A stretch of DNA of 63,967 bases, filler included, from Octopus bimaculoides (GCF_001194135.2; 7 parts of 7 records of this genome joined end to end with filler, not necessarily neighbours in it), one strand, 5' to 3'. Shown: positions 1 to 14,995, counted from the first letter of the whole stretch. Notes: a model not told the origin generated them from the letters alone. Program-made: numbers and translations.

Positions 1-56
1 TATATATATATATACAATCATACAAAAAAAACACATTTTTTGTATTTATTTTTACT

Positions 57-96
<40 letters not shown>

Positions 97-725
97 TGCA
101 TGTACGTGCTTATATATACATACATGCATATGTATGTATATGAAGCATAAAAATATTCCTATTGTCAGACATGTAGTTGTCTGGTAAATAGAACATGAAC
201 TTATTAGCATATCTTTTAATATCGATTTCTTTTTAGTCGTCACATGATCACATTCACATCAACTCAGCACAAAAAAGATGTATTCGATTGAATCGACCTT
301 ATAACATTACAGATACTTATTTTATTGAATCGAGTTGAATACGAGACAAAGTATTTGCCAACGAGAATTTGAGATAAGAATGTAGAACGAAGAAAGTAAT
401 ATCATTACATCGTGTCATGTATGCACGAGTGTTGGTGATTTTGAGTGTATATGTGTGTGTATGTTTTAGCAACGACCATAGTGTACCTGTGTGGTATCTG
501 CCGGTAATTCAAATGGTCACTTTTGTTATATACAACGTCGGGATAAATACTATTCATGGAGTACGTGTGTCGGTGCAAGAAAAACATTTGGGATTATCGT
601 TGCTGAATTTAATGGAGATCCGTTTGGTCTATGGAAACATTGTCGTGTATCTTTGCTTGGTACATGTGTGTTTCATCTTGTGCGTATGTGCACATGCATC
701 TATACACACACATATATATACATAC

Positions 726-766
<41 letters not shown>

Positions 767-2322
767 NNNNNNNNNNNNNNNNNNNNNNNNNNNNNNNNNN
801 NNNNNNNNNNNNNNNNNNNNNNNNNNNNNNNNNNNNNNNNNNNNNNNNNNNNNNNNNNNNNNNNNNNNNNNNNNNNNNNNNNNNNNNNNNNNNNNNNNNN
901 NNNNNNNNNNNNNNNNNNNNNNNNNNNNNNNNNNNNNNNNNNNNNNNNNNNNNNNNNNNNNNNNNNNNNNNNNNNNNNNNNNNNNNNNNNNNNNNNNNNN
1001 NNNNNNNNNNNNNNNNNNNNNNNNNNNNNNNNNNNNNNNNNNNNNNNNNNNNNNNNNNNNNNNNNNNNNNNNNNNNNNNNNNNNNNNNNNNNNNNNNNNN
1101 NNNNNNNNNNNNNNNNNNNNNNNNNNNNNNNNNNNNNNNNNNNNNNNNNNNNNNNNNNNNNNNNNNNNNNNNNNNNNNNNNNNNNNNNNNNNNNNNNNNN
1201 NNNNNNNNNNNNNNNNNNNNNNNNNNNNNNNNNNNNNNNNNNNNNNNNNNNNNNNNNNNNNNNNNNNNNNNNNNNNNNNNNNNNNNNNNNNNNNNNNNNN
1301 NNNNNNNNNNNNNNNNNNNNNNNNNNNNNNNNNNNNNNNNNNNNNNNNNNNNNNNNNNNNNNNNNNNNNNNNNNNNNNNNNNTACTTTAAATACTTATTA
1401 TATTATATATTGGCATACCAACCCGAGTATTCAACTGGTGTTTATTTTATCGACCCTGAAAGAATGAAAGACAAATTCGACCCAAGCGGCATTCGAACAC
1501 AGAACATAATGTCGAAAGGAATGCCTCCGAACAATATTGTCGCCTAATTTTATATATAATATATTATATACTAAATATTTATTTACCACGTATTAAAGAC
1601 GCTTAAACATTGTGAAAATGTTGATTTTCGAAAAATCCTATTACTCCAAACTTTCAAATTGAATACACAAATGTCTCGCGAAGACTATAGAGAATATCTT
1701 CAATTCAACTATTCGGAAAGTAAGTAGACCTCAGCCTGTTTAGTCCGCTGAACTTGTAACTGATTGGATTAATGTGGAAGTAACAGAGTATTTCATAGAC
1801 ATAGCTATACTTAACGCACGTTTCATACAAAATCCTCCTTAAAGAGTATAATTATATTGATTCTCTGAATAACAGGTATAATGCATCGGGCGGTCTTCTC
1901 CTGTGTGAATTTACTCAGTTTTACTCTTCACAATTCCATCATGATGCTGTATAAAAATATAATCCCACATCTATTATCAGATAAAGTTCATGACGCATTA
2001 TTCGATTGCTAATTGACTAGATAAATGTTTAAAGGCTTTTAATATGGGCGCGTTTATATATTTGTATAGCTTCCTAAAAATAAGATGATTACATTCATTT
2101 CTGCAATGTCCTTTTCTCTTTGTTTTCAAAGAGTATGGGGTTTTCAAGTGATGTGGCTGGTATTTCTAGCAGATTAATCGACCAAACTCCTGTAATTTCT
2201 CATGTGCGTCGGTAGTAAGTCATTAATCAAGTATCACATCAATTGATGCATGTGTAAATTATGCTTCACTTTAAGATGATATATATCTATATATATACAT
2301 GTGTGGTGTGGGTGGGTGTACG

Positions 2323-2442
<120 letters not shown>

Positions 2443-3227
2443 TAGTCAGATAGAGACAAAAATACATGCATACAAACATACTTACATACATGTATATATA
2501 TACATACATATACACATTACACTAGAGAGATACGAAATAAAACATACTTGTGTTCAGCCGATAAGGATATCCGGGTTTTGTAGCCGCATCTGTTTTATTT
2601 TTTCTATTTTACTTTGCTGGATATCAGAAAATATATGCCTTATCTCATAGAAAAATGGTTGCAACTGGAATCTTATAAATTCAAACAAATGCCCATTCAA
2701 CTTAATAACAGTAACCCATGCAACGCATTAAAGTGTTTTAACGACTAATTGGATATTTTGTTGTTCGTTTTTTTCCCTCTAATTATTTGTTGCTCTTTTG
2801 TATTTTACATCATCATAATGAGGCTGCAGACAGTAAACATGGTGTTAATTAAAACTTAGGCATTGCTTTCGCTGACAGAATAAAGCGCAATAAACGCTCT
2901 TTAAATAATTAAGAGACAGAAGGGGATAGAGAGATGTGATGGAGGGGTGTAATGTTCTTCTCCAGGCCATCTGCGCAATTTTCATACTTTTAACGTTACA
3001 CTACTGCAGTAATTGATATTTCAGCATTTGAATGTATGTAAAACGAAAGTTGTATGGAGAAAGACGCGAGTAAAGAACAAACAAGGTGTGTTAGTTAGGC
3101 GCTCAAGAATAGTAAATGTCTTTGACGCTTCGAGCCAACATTTTTCTACAGAAAGGAATGAGAAAAGAACGCGATTAAGAGCAAGTATATATAGATAAAC
3201 ACACGCACACGCACGCGCGCACGCACG

Positions 3228-3263
<36 letters not shown>

Positions 3264-3264
3264 T

Positions 3265-3667
3265 ACTCTTTACTCTTTTACTCTTTTATTTGTTTCAGTC
3301 ATTTGACTGCGGCCATGCTGGAACACAGCCTTTAGTCGAGAAAATTGACCCCAGGACTTATTCTTTGTAAGCCCAGTACTTATTCTATCGGTCACTTTTT
3401 GCCGAACCGCTAAGTTACGGGGACGTAAACGCACCAGCATCGGTTGTCAAATGACGGTGGGGGGGGGGACAAACAAAGACACACAAACACACATACATAT
3501 ATATATATATACATATATACGACGGGTTTCTTTCAGTTTCCGTCTACCAAATCCACTCATAAGGCTTTGGTCGGCCCGAGGTTACAATAGAAGATACTTG
3601 CCCAAGGTGCCACGCAGTGGGACTGAACCCTGAACCACGTGGTTGGTAAGCAAGCTACTTACCACAG
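3265..3667 (-). mobile_element. SINE family A (tRNA-derived, internal (CA)n/(TA)n)
   Basis: Matches the copies at 40943-41344 and 63415-63818. Pol III A/B-box-like head (GTGGTAAGTAGC...GGTTCAGTCCC) and short tandem tail. Confidence 0.9.
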
Positions 3668-6600
3668 AATTGCGAGATTGATAGATAATTCACGAAAAAA
3701 ATCATAGAAAAAGTAATGAAACGCTAACAGCTAAAGAAGTTGTATTATACCAAGGGATGGGATAAAGGAAGGGGTTCTAACGTTTCGGGTTAGACTCTTT
3801 ATCAAAGAGAAGAAACATTAAATAACTGAAGCAAGAGAAAAGAAATAGAAGCAATACAGGACGTAGGATCTCTGTTTACATTGCACGAGTACATGCATAT
3901 CGGTCAGTAGAATGTAGGAAAGATGGGGTTGCTTCTTGGAAAGAATTTGGCAGAATAAATGAACCCTAGTGCTCACTTTTTGCTAACATTTCTGGTACTT
4001 TCTCTATCTCATACCGTTGAGTTTTACAGATGAAAACAAACCCAAAACGGCCGTCAAGTGGAGGGGTCAGATTCAAACATGAAGACATATATATACATAT
4101 TTATACGACAGGTTTCTTTCAGTTCCTCTAGCAAATCCGCTCGCAATGCTTTCGTTGGCCTGGTACTAAGGCAGAAGACACTTACCAGGGTGGGACTGAA
4201 CCCGAAATAACGTTGTGAAGAATCAAATATTTTAAGTCACACCTACGCCAGCACCAACATATATATCTGTCTCTCTCTCTCTCCCTCTCTCTCCTTTTCT
4301 CTGTCTCGGTACTCACACGTGACCATGGTCCATCTTCCTTTTCCTCACGTGATCATCTTCTTTTTCTTTCTCCAGCGTTTGATATTTTACACTCGTTCTG
4401 GTCTAACGACCATCCATGTTTGTTTTCGTTTGGTGTCCTTGTATGTCTCCACTGTCTTGCTTTTCTTCCCAACAGGTTGGTACTCATGGGAGCAACTGTC
4501 TTCGAAGACTCATATTGTCGCTGTATGCTCGAAATGAGGAATAGACAGCCGACAACTAATGAAGGGTCGTTCTTTATGTTACTTGTCCTATTTTCCATTT
4601 GTTTCTCTTGTTGTTTGCGTTATGAACTCATTTATTCTTGTATTTCATGGTGTCTACTGTTGGTGACGCCCTCTACCCATATATGCATGTGTGTGTGTGT
4701 GTGTGTGTGGGTGTGTATGTATGTATGTANNNNNNNNNNNNNNNNNNNNNNNNNNNNNNNNNNNNNNNNNNNNNNNNNNNNNNNNNNNNNNNNNNNNNNN
4801 NNNNNNNNNNNNNNNNNNNNNNNNNNNNNNNNNNNNNNNNNNNNNNNNNNNNNNNNNNNNNNNNNNNNNNNNNNNNNNNNNNNNNNNNNNNNNNNNNNNN
4901 NNNNNNNNNNNNNNNNNNNNNNNNNNNNNNNNNNNNNNNNNNNNNNNNNNNNNNNNNNNNNNNNNNNNNNNNNNNNNNNNNNNNNNNNNNNNNNNNNNNN
5001 NNNNNNNNNNNNNNNNNNNNNNATATATATATATATATACATACATATATATATATATGCATACATATATTATTTATCGGTAATATATCACAATCTATAC
5101 CATTAACAAAACCCATTTCAGCCCTCTGAGGTAGAAATTATTTTCATAGAAAGCATGGAAAGCAATAGGACGTAACTAAATACTGAAAACTATATAGTCA
5201 GGTACCTGACCATTCCTATCACTCCACTGAATTATTACATGATAAATGGTTTTGTAATAAACATGTGACATAATATATATATTTTTATCTGCCTTGAAAT
5301 CGCGTGCAAAGGTAGATAAGTTTAGATGGATAATCAGAACGTCGCTAAATGTTTAGTTTAAGTTCTCTATCATCTATGATCCCTTTCAACACTAAATATC
5401 GTACGTAAAGGGAAAGTAAATCGATAATATATATGCAAATGAGTCATCGGATAAAATAATTGACGAATGTGCTCTAAAACCTTGCGCAATCTATTGATCT
5501 ACTAATACAAATGGAGATGAATCTGGAGACTAACTTACTTAAACACAATGATAAATAGATATAGGTCCAGAATACTAGTCTTGTAGTTTTATCTAATTTA
5601 ACAGTGTATCTTCAGTCTAAATTAAACTTCAAGAACTGAGAGTGACTAGAAAGCAATAGTTTCCGTTTTTTTTTTGTTTTTTTTTTAACTGAATAAACAA
5701 GCGAGGAAAAATATCTATAATAAAAAGGCCAACTGCATCAAAACTTAATAATAGCGAAATGTCAGTTTATTTTTTGTAGCAGAGTAACATAATAACACAG
5801 ATTAATTACACAACACACACACAAACACTCGTGCACACACAAAACACGTGCACATACACATTCGCATACACACACGCGCATATATATANNNNNNNNNNNN
5901 NNNNNNNNNNNNNNNNNNNNNNNNNNNNNNNNNNNNNNNNNNNNNNNNNNNNNNNNNNNNNNNNNNNNNNNNNNNNNNNNNNNNNNNNNNNNNNNNNNNN
6001 NNNNNNNNNNNNNNNNNNNNNNNNNNNNNNNNNNNNNNNNNNNNNATATATATATATAAACATATATATATATATATATTTATATGAGAGGTTTTGGTAT
6101 CCAGAAGATCCAAAACACAGGCAACGGCATATATGTGCTGCGGAAGGACACGATGATAGTACGAGTGATGAGTCTAGCGCGGATCTTTTGTGAGCGTGTA
6201 CAGGTTAACTAAACTGAGACAACAAAGCCACGGCCGTGTGAAATTTCAAGGACATTTTATAAAGAGAATGGTATCTTACAGCTGTTTCAGAGATATGAAA
6301 TATATCCCAGAATCAGAGACGATATGAGAGAGTTAAATAGAAGGAAATAATAGACTTCAGTGTTAACATCCAACATATATCTTTATTCTTATTCTCATAT
6401 ATCCCTTTGCATTATCTGTATCTCTATGTGAATAAATCCAACAGGGTTTTTTCTGAAGCAAGATTTGATTTACATATTAGATATTCATCAGGGTAATTAA
6501 GCTGTTACTTTCATTCCAAATTGCATAAACATCTCTTCTTTACATTCCTGCAAGAGCTGACATGATACAAAACAGAATTCATTAGAATATCTGCACTCTA

Positions 6601-6929
6601 ATTTCATAATAGATTTCGCTTTAGTTGTTTCTTATTTCGTATCCATTTCTTATTTTCCGGTTTATGTGACTGACTAGAAACAAATTTTCCTTTGCATAGT
6701 CTATCCTCTAGTTGTCTGGCATTATGTCAGTCTCTGTCTAAAGATTTCTCTTACTCTTCCCACCATATTTATGCTTACATACATACATACATACATACAT
6801 ATATAGACTCGCGTATATACATATATGTATATGTATATATTTATGTATGTGTTTATTACGTGAGCGAGATAAGAGAGAAAGATACACACACACACATACA
6901 AACACACACACATACAAACACACACACAC

Positions 6930-6968
<39 letters not shown>

Positions 6969-8792
6969 NNNNNNNNNNNNNNNNNNNNNNNNNNNATATA
7001 TATAGTGAGAGAGAGAGAGAGAGGAAGAAAAGGGGAGAGAAAGAGAGAGACAGACAGACAGAGTGGCAGAGAGACAGACATACACAGAGAAAGAGAAATG
7101 GATATTTGACCTCCTTGCATAAAATAATAGTTATCAAAATCCAATTATTTTTGCAAATATCTCCTTTCTTTATAATACTTTAATATAACTGTCTCGTAGT
7201 ATTCTTCTAGAAATTCTTTGTATAGTTTCATACGATATTAAAAGAAAATTGAAATATAAGCAAATAGCCTGGATATAAATTGTATCAGCTCTACTAATAT
7301 TCTTTGTTCGCTGCAAGTAACCGCGACTGTCGTAATATCCACTTAACGTAACCCCGAAGATTTCGCATTCATATGAAACTTTTGTCTATTTTCCCTAAAC
7401 GATTTTTTTGTTCAATAGTGAAGCTTTTATTGCTTACGCGAATTCGTTATTTCAACAGTTATTAATTCAACCTCACACATCACGGCAAATCCTAGGTTCT
7501 TAGCACTATTTAATGTAATATTTCTGCTCTTAGTCGATATGATTTCTTCCTAGCAGCTTTAGGATCGAGTATCTGCGTTTTGCCAGATTTGTTCTATAAG
7601 GAGTAAAGTGATAATCGATAATTAAAATCTTCAAGGTTCTGAACTCATTCCAGAAGTCCAATGATCTTTCGTATAAAAGGCATTGCGGATATTCTACAAT
7701 TTGAAGGTTATACTATGGAAATAGTAGCCGAGTTAATATTGTGTCATTTAGCTCACACTTAAATTGCTAAAATTCATTAATTATTCACACACAGAAATGT
7801 ATATTTATGGTATATTTTCTAATCATGTGAAAAATAACCAATGCTTGTTTCTAGCTGATAGATTTGATCAACGTAAACGTAGGGCAGTCATTCATATAGA
7901 AGATTTGATGCTAGTATAATAGGTACAATAATGCAAACTAAATTATCACACATCCGAGATTATTAAAACTTTTTGTAGCGTAGGTGAGTATAGAATCACT
8001 TCATAATGCTGGGTCATGAGACGAATTAACATATATATAGAAAAGTTTGGCTTTAGTATGACATTAATTATTCAATGATGTCACCGCTCCAGTCGCGAAG
8101 TTAACTTTTCTTGTTTTTCTATTTTTATCTACATTAGAGATATATAACAACGTATTTCATCAATTGGCTCAGCTCAGATGCCAGCACTGAAACGGTAAGC
8201 TCTTCGACATTTACCAAATAGGACAACATTAAATTGTTTCTATAAATTGAAATTCATACCTAAATCGCATGTATTCATCCAAATACGATAGTGCATTCAT
8301 TGTCGTATAAACAGAGTTGTATCAACATTTTCCGAAACTTTTGGACTATTTGTTATTGTGTTCAGTTACTGTTTTCAGTATTTATTTTTTCCTTCAGTTG
8401 CAATCTATTGCTAATATTTAGCAACGCATCTAGCAAAACAATACTCACTTCTTATACTTGTCTAACCGACTGGTGTTTTCCCACTGGGACAATCTACATG
8501 AACTTTAGCGTACACTCCAGTAGGTGTACATTAGCAAATGTGTGAGTGCACTGGATATTATGTCTCTCGGTATTTCCTCCGAATCTTTGTGTTTTCGTCC
8601 GGCGCTGGACAGAATATAGTTTCAATGTTTTTTTCTCTGGAGATTGTCAAAAGGATGTGGACGCCTTTGATGAGAACCTAATAAGGTTCGGAAATCGATT
8701 AAGTTTGTTCATCTTTTGTTTTTCAGTCCACAGAGAAATGGCTAAAATTTGACCAGCTTATATGTTATGGGTAACAGAGACGAGATAAAGGA

Positions 8793-8844
<52 letters not shown>

Positions 8845-9039
8845 NNNNNNNNNNNNNNNNNNNNNNNNNNNNNNNNNNNNNNNNNNNNNNNNNNNNNNNN
8901 NNNNNNNNNNNNNNNNNNNNNNNNNNNNNNNNNNNNNNNNNNNNNNNNNNNNNNNNNNNNNNNNNNNNNNNNNNNNNNNNNNNNNNNNNNNNNNNNNNNN
9001 NNNNNNATATATATATCACACTTGCATACACGAGAAAAG

Positions 9040-9575
9040 TTATTGCCAAGAAGACATATAAGGGCATCCTTGTGATGCCCTTATATGACTTTTAAGCCCG
9101 GCCAAGTTTTTACACATTTTATTCCATGCTAGACAACTGTCCTGGCTGGTAGGAAAATCAGGTGCCACCATATGCACTCTCTTAGCATGTTTTTTGAGAC
9201 CTCCAACTGAGAGGTACACCCTTCCACATTTTACACACGTTCTGTTATGAATTTTAATAGTCACATCATTGTTTATCATGGGTCGATTTCTATGAGAATT
9301 TTGATGTCTCACCAGGACTGCACAACTCAAACACCTCTGCCCACAAACCACACACATAAAAAGCAACACTCTCACGTTCCCCCTTCTAAGCCACCTCCAA
9401 ATTCTCTCATACTTCACTCTCTCCCTCTCAAAACTTGAACAGCCATCATGCTCTATCTTCCTCCATCCATCACGGTCTTGTGCCTCCCCCCTCCTAATTA
9501 CCAGCTGCAAATTCCTGTCTATATAAGAACATTTTTAAGGCAATCTTTAAACCTTAAATTTAGGCAATCTGTCAC
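9040..9575 (-). mobile_element. 3' end of an RTE-clade LINE ORF with three C2H2-type zinc fingers
   Basis: LRFKDCLKN (frameshifted, ~9520-9560), AQDRDGWRKIEHDGCSSFERER (RTE C-terminal W..A.DR..WR motif), then CVVCGQRCLSCAVLVRHQNSH, CVKCGRVYLSVGGLKKHAKRVH and a degenerate CLAWNKMCKNLAGLKSHIRA. Confidence 0.75.
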
Positions 9576-10123
9576 TTTGGATTATTTTTTATTTATCGAC
9601 CCTGAAAGGAAGAAAAGTGAAGCTGACATCCATTTAAGGGGACTCTAAGTGCAGAGACTTAAAACAAATAGCGTGGAGAGTCATGTTCAGTATTTACTCT
9701 AGCAGTGTATGCTTATTGTTTTATGTACCGCTATTGCTGTAAATAAACATAGACACATTTTCGGTTGCAGCACTATTGAAACAGCGGAACACCTAGGATG
9801 TGATAGCTGAAGGAAAAAGGGTGGGGGAGAGAGAAATTGAGTGATTGAGTGAGTGAGTCCATGAGTGAGTGAGTGAGTGAGTGAGTGCGTGAGTGAGTGA
9901 GTGAGTGAGTGGGTGAGAGTAAGAGTGAAAAGGGATATATATATATATATATACACGCGCAGTCGGCTACAGATGAGTAGAATGGTATTACGTGACATGT
10001 AGTGCCCTGCTCTATATTATAACACACCGTTCGATCCTTGAAAGGAATCACGGACTTACATCCTCAATCATTGTGACATGCACCTTCATAATGTGTGTAT
10101 GTGTGTGTGTGTGTGTGTATGTA

Positions 10124-10184
<61 letters not shown>

Positions 10185-10211
10185 TATAATATAATGTATA
10201 TTATATATACA

Positions 10212-10274
<63 letters not shown>

Positions 10275-11180
10275 ATGTATGCGTGTACGTCTGTATATAA
10301 TATGTGCATATGTGATTTACTTCCCGTTTGCAGTATTTTAGATTTTAGATTAAGTGGGCACCTGCTTTGGAGTAAGATTGTAAAGAAAAGTTATTAAAGA
10401 GAAGTATCTTATTCTTTTCTTATGCATTGTGCGCACATCCGTCTTGCGCACATCCGTCTTGCAGATGTTTATCGTCGTAGAAAAGGTGATTTATGGTACC
10501 CTGTTCTTTCTCGAAAAATACATGTTCATCCATAATTTGATACAGGCTTGTTGATATATATGTCCTGTCCTTCCAATGATAACGACTATAAAGCTAAATG
10601 TGTATACTGCGTAATGGACTTTTAGGCTACCTTTCAATGATGCATTGATGTCTCCTTTCTTCAGTATGCCTTGCTTCTATCTATCTTTCTTAGCTGACCG
10701 TAGTTCAAATCACTTTTCAAACATATTTTTCAATGTGTAAGTTGTACAGGCATCCGTCTGCGTGTCAGCTCGTGTGCACATATATGAGTGCTTAACAATA
10801 TACATTTATCTCATAGTGTTCAGTGCTAGGAATGCCAAGAAAACTATGATTCTATTTATGCTGAAGACTGATAATATGAATGGTTTCTGATTTGGGTCCA
10901 AGGCCAGCAATTTTGGGAGGAGTAGTGTTAGTTGACGGCTTCGACAATAGTGATTGACAAGTATCATGTTGCATGGACCACGGAAGGATTAAAGGCACAG
11001 TTGACCTAGGTAAGATCTGAAGCTAAAGGTTAATAGTCGAAAGAAATATACCAAAACAATTTCACAAGGCTTTAATGATTGTCCCAGCTTAAGAATAGAT
11101 GTGGTTATAGCAACAATGTTTATAAGTATATACCCACACTAATGAATGTAACTATACATGCATGTATGAAAGTATGTATG

Positions 11181-12390
11181 TATTGGATCACCCTATAAAT
11201 AATGAGGATTTTTGTACTTCGTTTATTTTTCAAAATTAAGATAAAGTTCTTTGTAATCTAAAATATACTCTACTTCATTTTCTACAATGCTCTTCCATTT
11301 ATATGGTAGACTTGCAATACTCTCTTCCAAAATTCAATTATCCGTGACGAAAATTACTCCTCCAGTACTATTCTGTCTTCGTCTATAGAATTCATATTTT
11401 TTCCGTCTAAATGATTTTGAAGACAGCGGAATAAATGATAATCAGATGGGACAATGTCCTGCGAATATGTTGGACACTGTTTCCCATTCAAACTGCTCCA
11501 GCTTTTGTAATGTCATCCTCGCTGTACGTGGCAGAGCATTATCCTGATGGAAGAACACCTTTCGTCTTCAAACCAAAGATGGTGCTTTTCTTCAAGCACT
11601 GACTTAAGCCGCTCAAGCTGCTGGTAGCAGATCTCTTTTGTTTTCCTTTGGTTGGTTTGAATTTAAAAGTTCAAAGTGGACTAAATCTTTTATATCCCAC
11701 CAAACAGATAACAGCACCTTATATGAGTGAAAACCTTCTTTATCCCGAGTTGCTGGTGTTTCTCCTTTCCCTACCCACTGTCATCAGCGCTTGACGTTTG
11801 TATAGACAACCCATTTCTCGTCACCAATCACTATTCGCTCTAAAAAAAGGTTCATTCGTGAGCCGTGACAGTAAAGAAGAGCACACATTCACTCTCTGTG
11901 CCCGATTAATGTCGGAAAGTTTGTGAAGAACTCATTGACCCAATTCGCTGACTTTTCCAATGGCATGCAGGTATCAATAAATAGTTGAATGACCAAATAG
12001 AAGCTTCTCTGCTAGTTCCTCAACAATTACGACGAGATATTATTCGTCGAGCTCTACGGATCTTCCAGGACTAGGTTCATCTTCTAGGTTGTAGTTTCCG
12101 ACTCGGAATTTCTGGAGCCACCGTTGAAATTGGCTTACGTTTATTGTCCGCTCCTCATATACTGCATTGGTATTCCTCGAACTTTCCATTGCGTTGTTGC
12201 CTTTATTGAACTCATAAAGTACAATATGCCGAATATGCTACTTCGTGACTTCCATTATAGCTTTAAAAAAATAACTGTTAAAATCAAACTGCACTCTTCA
12301 AAACTTGCCGGTATTTTTTCCCATCCCTCTCCGACTTTTACTTCATACAATTGAAAATAATAACCGCATTATTTATGAGATAGCCCAATA
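11181..12390 (-). mobile_element. Near full-length degenerate mariner element (~1.2 kb) with TIRs
   Basis: TIRs TATTGGATCACCCTATAAATAATGAGG (11181) and the reverse complement of 12361-12390 match at about 21/30 positions. The minus strand encodes HIVLYEFNKGNNA, LEDEPSPGRS, FLERIVIGDEKWVVY, VLLSVWWDIKDLVHFELL, with many stops. Confidence 0.85.
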
Positions 12391-12769
12391 TATGGCCGAA
12401 TGTTTAAGAACTTTGGCTTGACAAGCCTGTGACTAGCGCCCCCACTGCTTAAAATCTTCGACGTGAGCTATTTCCTTTGCTCTTGAAACAATCTACAATA
12501 TGTGTATGAATATGCATAGACGATAACTGTATTGAATTCCACCGATTGAATTGTACCTCTAATTTAAATGCAGACCCTTGTCACACACTCCGTCACGCTG
12601 ATTAAACATGGGAATTAGTATTAAATGTACACACTCTGTGGAATACTGGGTGACTTGCACGTTAATTCATTTAATCATTAAACAACCGAATATTCATTGT
12701 CGTAACTGACGGACATCCCCCTATCAACCTGTCTAGCTAGCTAGCTAGCTCGCTACCTGTATTTATCCA

Positions 12770-12840
12770 TCCATCCATCCATTCATCTGTCTGTCTGTCT
12801 CTCTCTCTGTCTATTTATTTGTCTGTCTATCTATCTATGA

Positions 12841-12916
<76 letters not shown>

Positions 12917-12960
12917 GTCTGTCTAACTATCTGTCTGTCTGTCTCTCTGATTGTCTGATG
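12770..12960. repeat. (CTAT)n/(CTGT)n microsatellite, representative of many simple repeats (also 2349-2440 TG, 9840-9915 GAGT, 13959-14001, 22896-22935 ATG, 32258-32411, 43210-43306 CA, 58101-58190 TTC, 61171-61249)
   Basis: Directly visible. Confidence 0.95.
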
Positions 12961-13959
12961 GCTGTCGTCTTTTCTGATGATTATCAGACTGACTGTCTCT
13001 TTATGTATGTATGTATGTATCTCTCTATCTATCTGTTTATCTATCTCAGTACATAAGAATGTATGCATGTATGCATGTGTGTATATTCGACAGGAACCTG
13101 GTCTGTATATATGCATGTATATAGTCTGTGTTTATGCCCATTTAACGGACGAAGAAGGTAAAAAATCCACATTTATTGATGCATAGTAATTTTCTAAAAA
13201 GAAGACTAATTTAATTGAAAAATTTCGAAGTAGAAGTAACACGCATTTTAAACACATCTAACCATATAATTGCATAATAAGCAATCTTATTGTTCAATTC
13301 ATTATTGCTGTCAACCAGAAAATGTATAGTGCAATTAAGCGTATTCCAGTACACTCGGTAAAAGTTGAGATAAGCCAATGTAATATACGTAAAAAAAAAT
13401 TAAGTTAAATGTGGACAATTTATTTAATCGCTAAAATAACTGCTTTGCAGAATAAATTTCTCATTTATCAAAAACAAAAAGACACAAAGATAAATGCGAA
13501 ACAACTATTAAAGCTTTCATGTTAGACATTATTATTTTCTGATTGCATTTATGGTTGTTTTTTGTTGTTCTGTTTCTTGCTGACGCTGCTGCTACTGCTG
13601 CTGTTGTTGTTGCTTAAGGTGGTGGTGGTCGTCGTTGTGGTGGAATGATGTTTTGCCCTAATCGATCTTGAATCAACAGAGCTATAATCCATCCAAGGTT
13701 TTATTGTTGAGGATCTCCTATATATTTCTGTAGATTTCATTACCGAATATTTCGTTTGAATTTTACGGAAGTGAGTGTGTGACTGAAGAGGTGTTCGGTA
13801 GTTATTTCTGGCAGGCAGTTCGAACACGTAGAAACTCACTTCCCTTCTCTCTTCCCCCCTCTCTCTCTCTCTCTTGCTCTCTCGCTCTCTCTCTCTCTCT
13901 CACTCTCTCTCTCTCTCGCTCCCCTCTCTCATACTCATTTTGTCTATGTATCTGTCTTA

Positions 13960-14002
<43 letters not shown>

Positions 14003-14655
14003 GCTTGACTCGTCATTTATATACTTTAAGGCATGTGCTTGTGTAAACAATAACTATATTAAGTTATTATACCTAACATGTCGATCACTGGTTCGCTGAA
14101 TTCCTGCCTATGATATCAGTAATATGAGAGAGTTTAATAAGCCAAACGATGCCGGATGTTCTATTTCTGGCTTTCATTGGCTTTTGGACTAGTTTTTAAG
14201 GTATGTTGGTGAGTAAAAATTGGCCAATCATATATATAACTTTTTTACGAATGAACAATTTAGCTGGTTGGGAGTCTTAATGTCCAAGAATCCAGCGGTT
14301 TCAAAGAGCTAATAGAATGTGGAGTCTACCAATATATTGATCGTATCTCAACAGAAACTATCAGTATTTTATTAAAATTGAACACCTCACTACGTTTCAC
14401 ATTATCAGTAAATAAATAATATGGAAGCGAAGCATTTGATAATAATGGAAGCAAGCATTTCTTATTACTTAAAGTTGTGACACTATAGTTGTGTTTGATG
14501 TTTTCTTTTTTGCGGTAGAATTTTAACTCTATTTTTCCTATATTTTTCATTCTTACTTTCGCCCGTTTACAACATCTTTCTGAGACGTTTTTTTTTAATT
14601 TCACTACAGTATGGAGAAGGAATTCTTTATGCTTTTAACACTTAATGACAAACAG

Positions 14656-14686
<31 letters not shown>

Positions 14687-14943
14687 AAATAGAGAGAGTA
14701 AAAGCGAGAGAAGAAAATGTTCTAAAAGGAACAGGCAGAGAAAAAATAAAAAAAAACTTTAAGATATTTCTAAAATGAATTAGATGAAATGGTTCTTGCA
14801 AGATCGATCAATCTGCATAGCATTATATATGAGTTCTTCCAATTGATGGCATGTCTTTTATATATTTCACTTAACGTCTAATTTAAGGTGTGGAACATTA
14901 GGCAGAGGTAAGTAAAGAAAACTGCACAGAGAAATAGAAATGA

Positions 14944-14945
<2 letters not shown>

Positions 14946-14995
<50 letters not shown>

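Noticed and set aside
9040-9510. C2H2 ORF as a host Kruppel-type ZNF gene
   Set aside because: No TGEKP linkers, fused to RTE C-terminal motifs, and degenerate.
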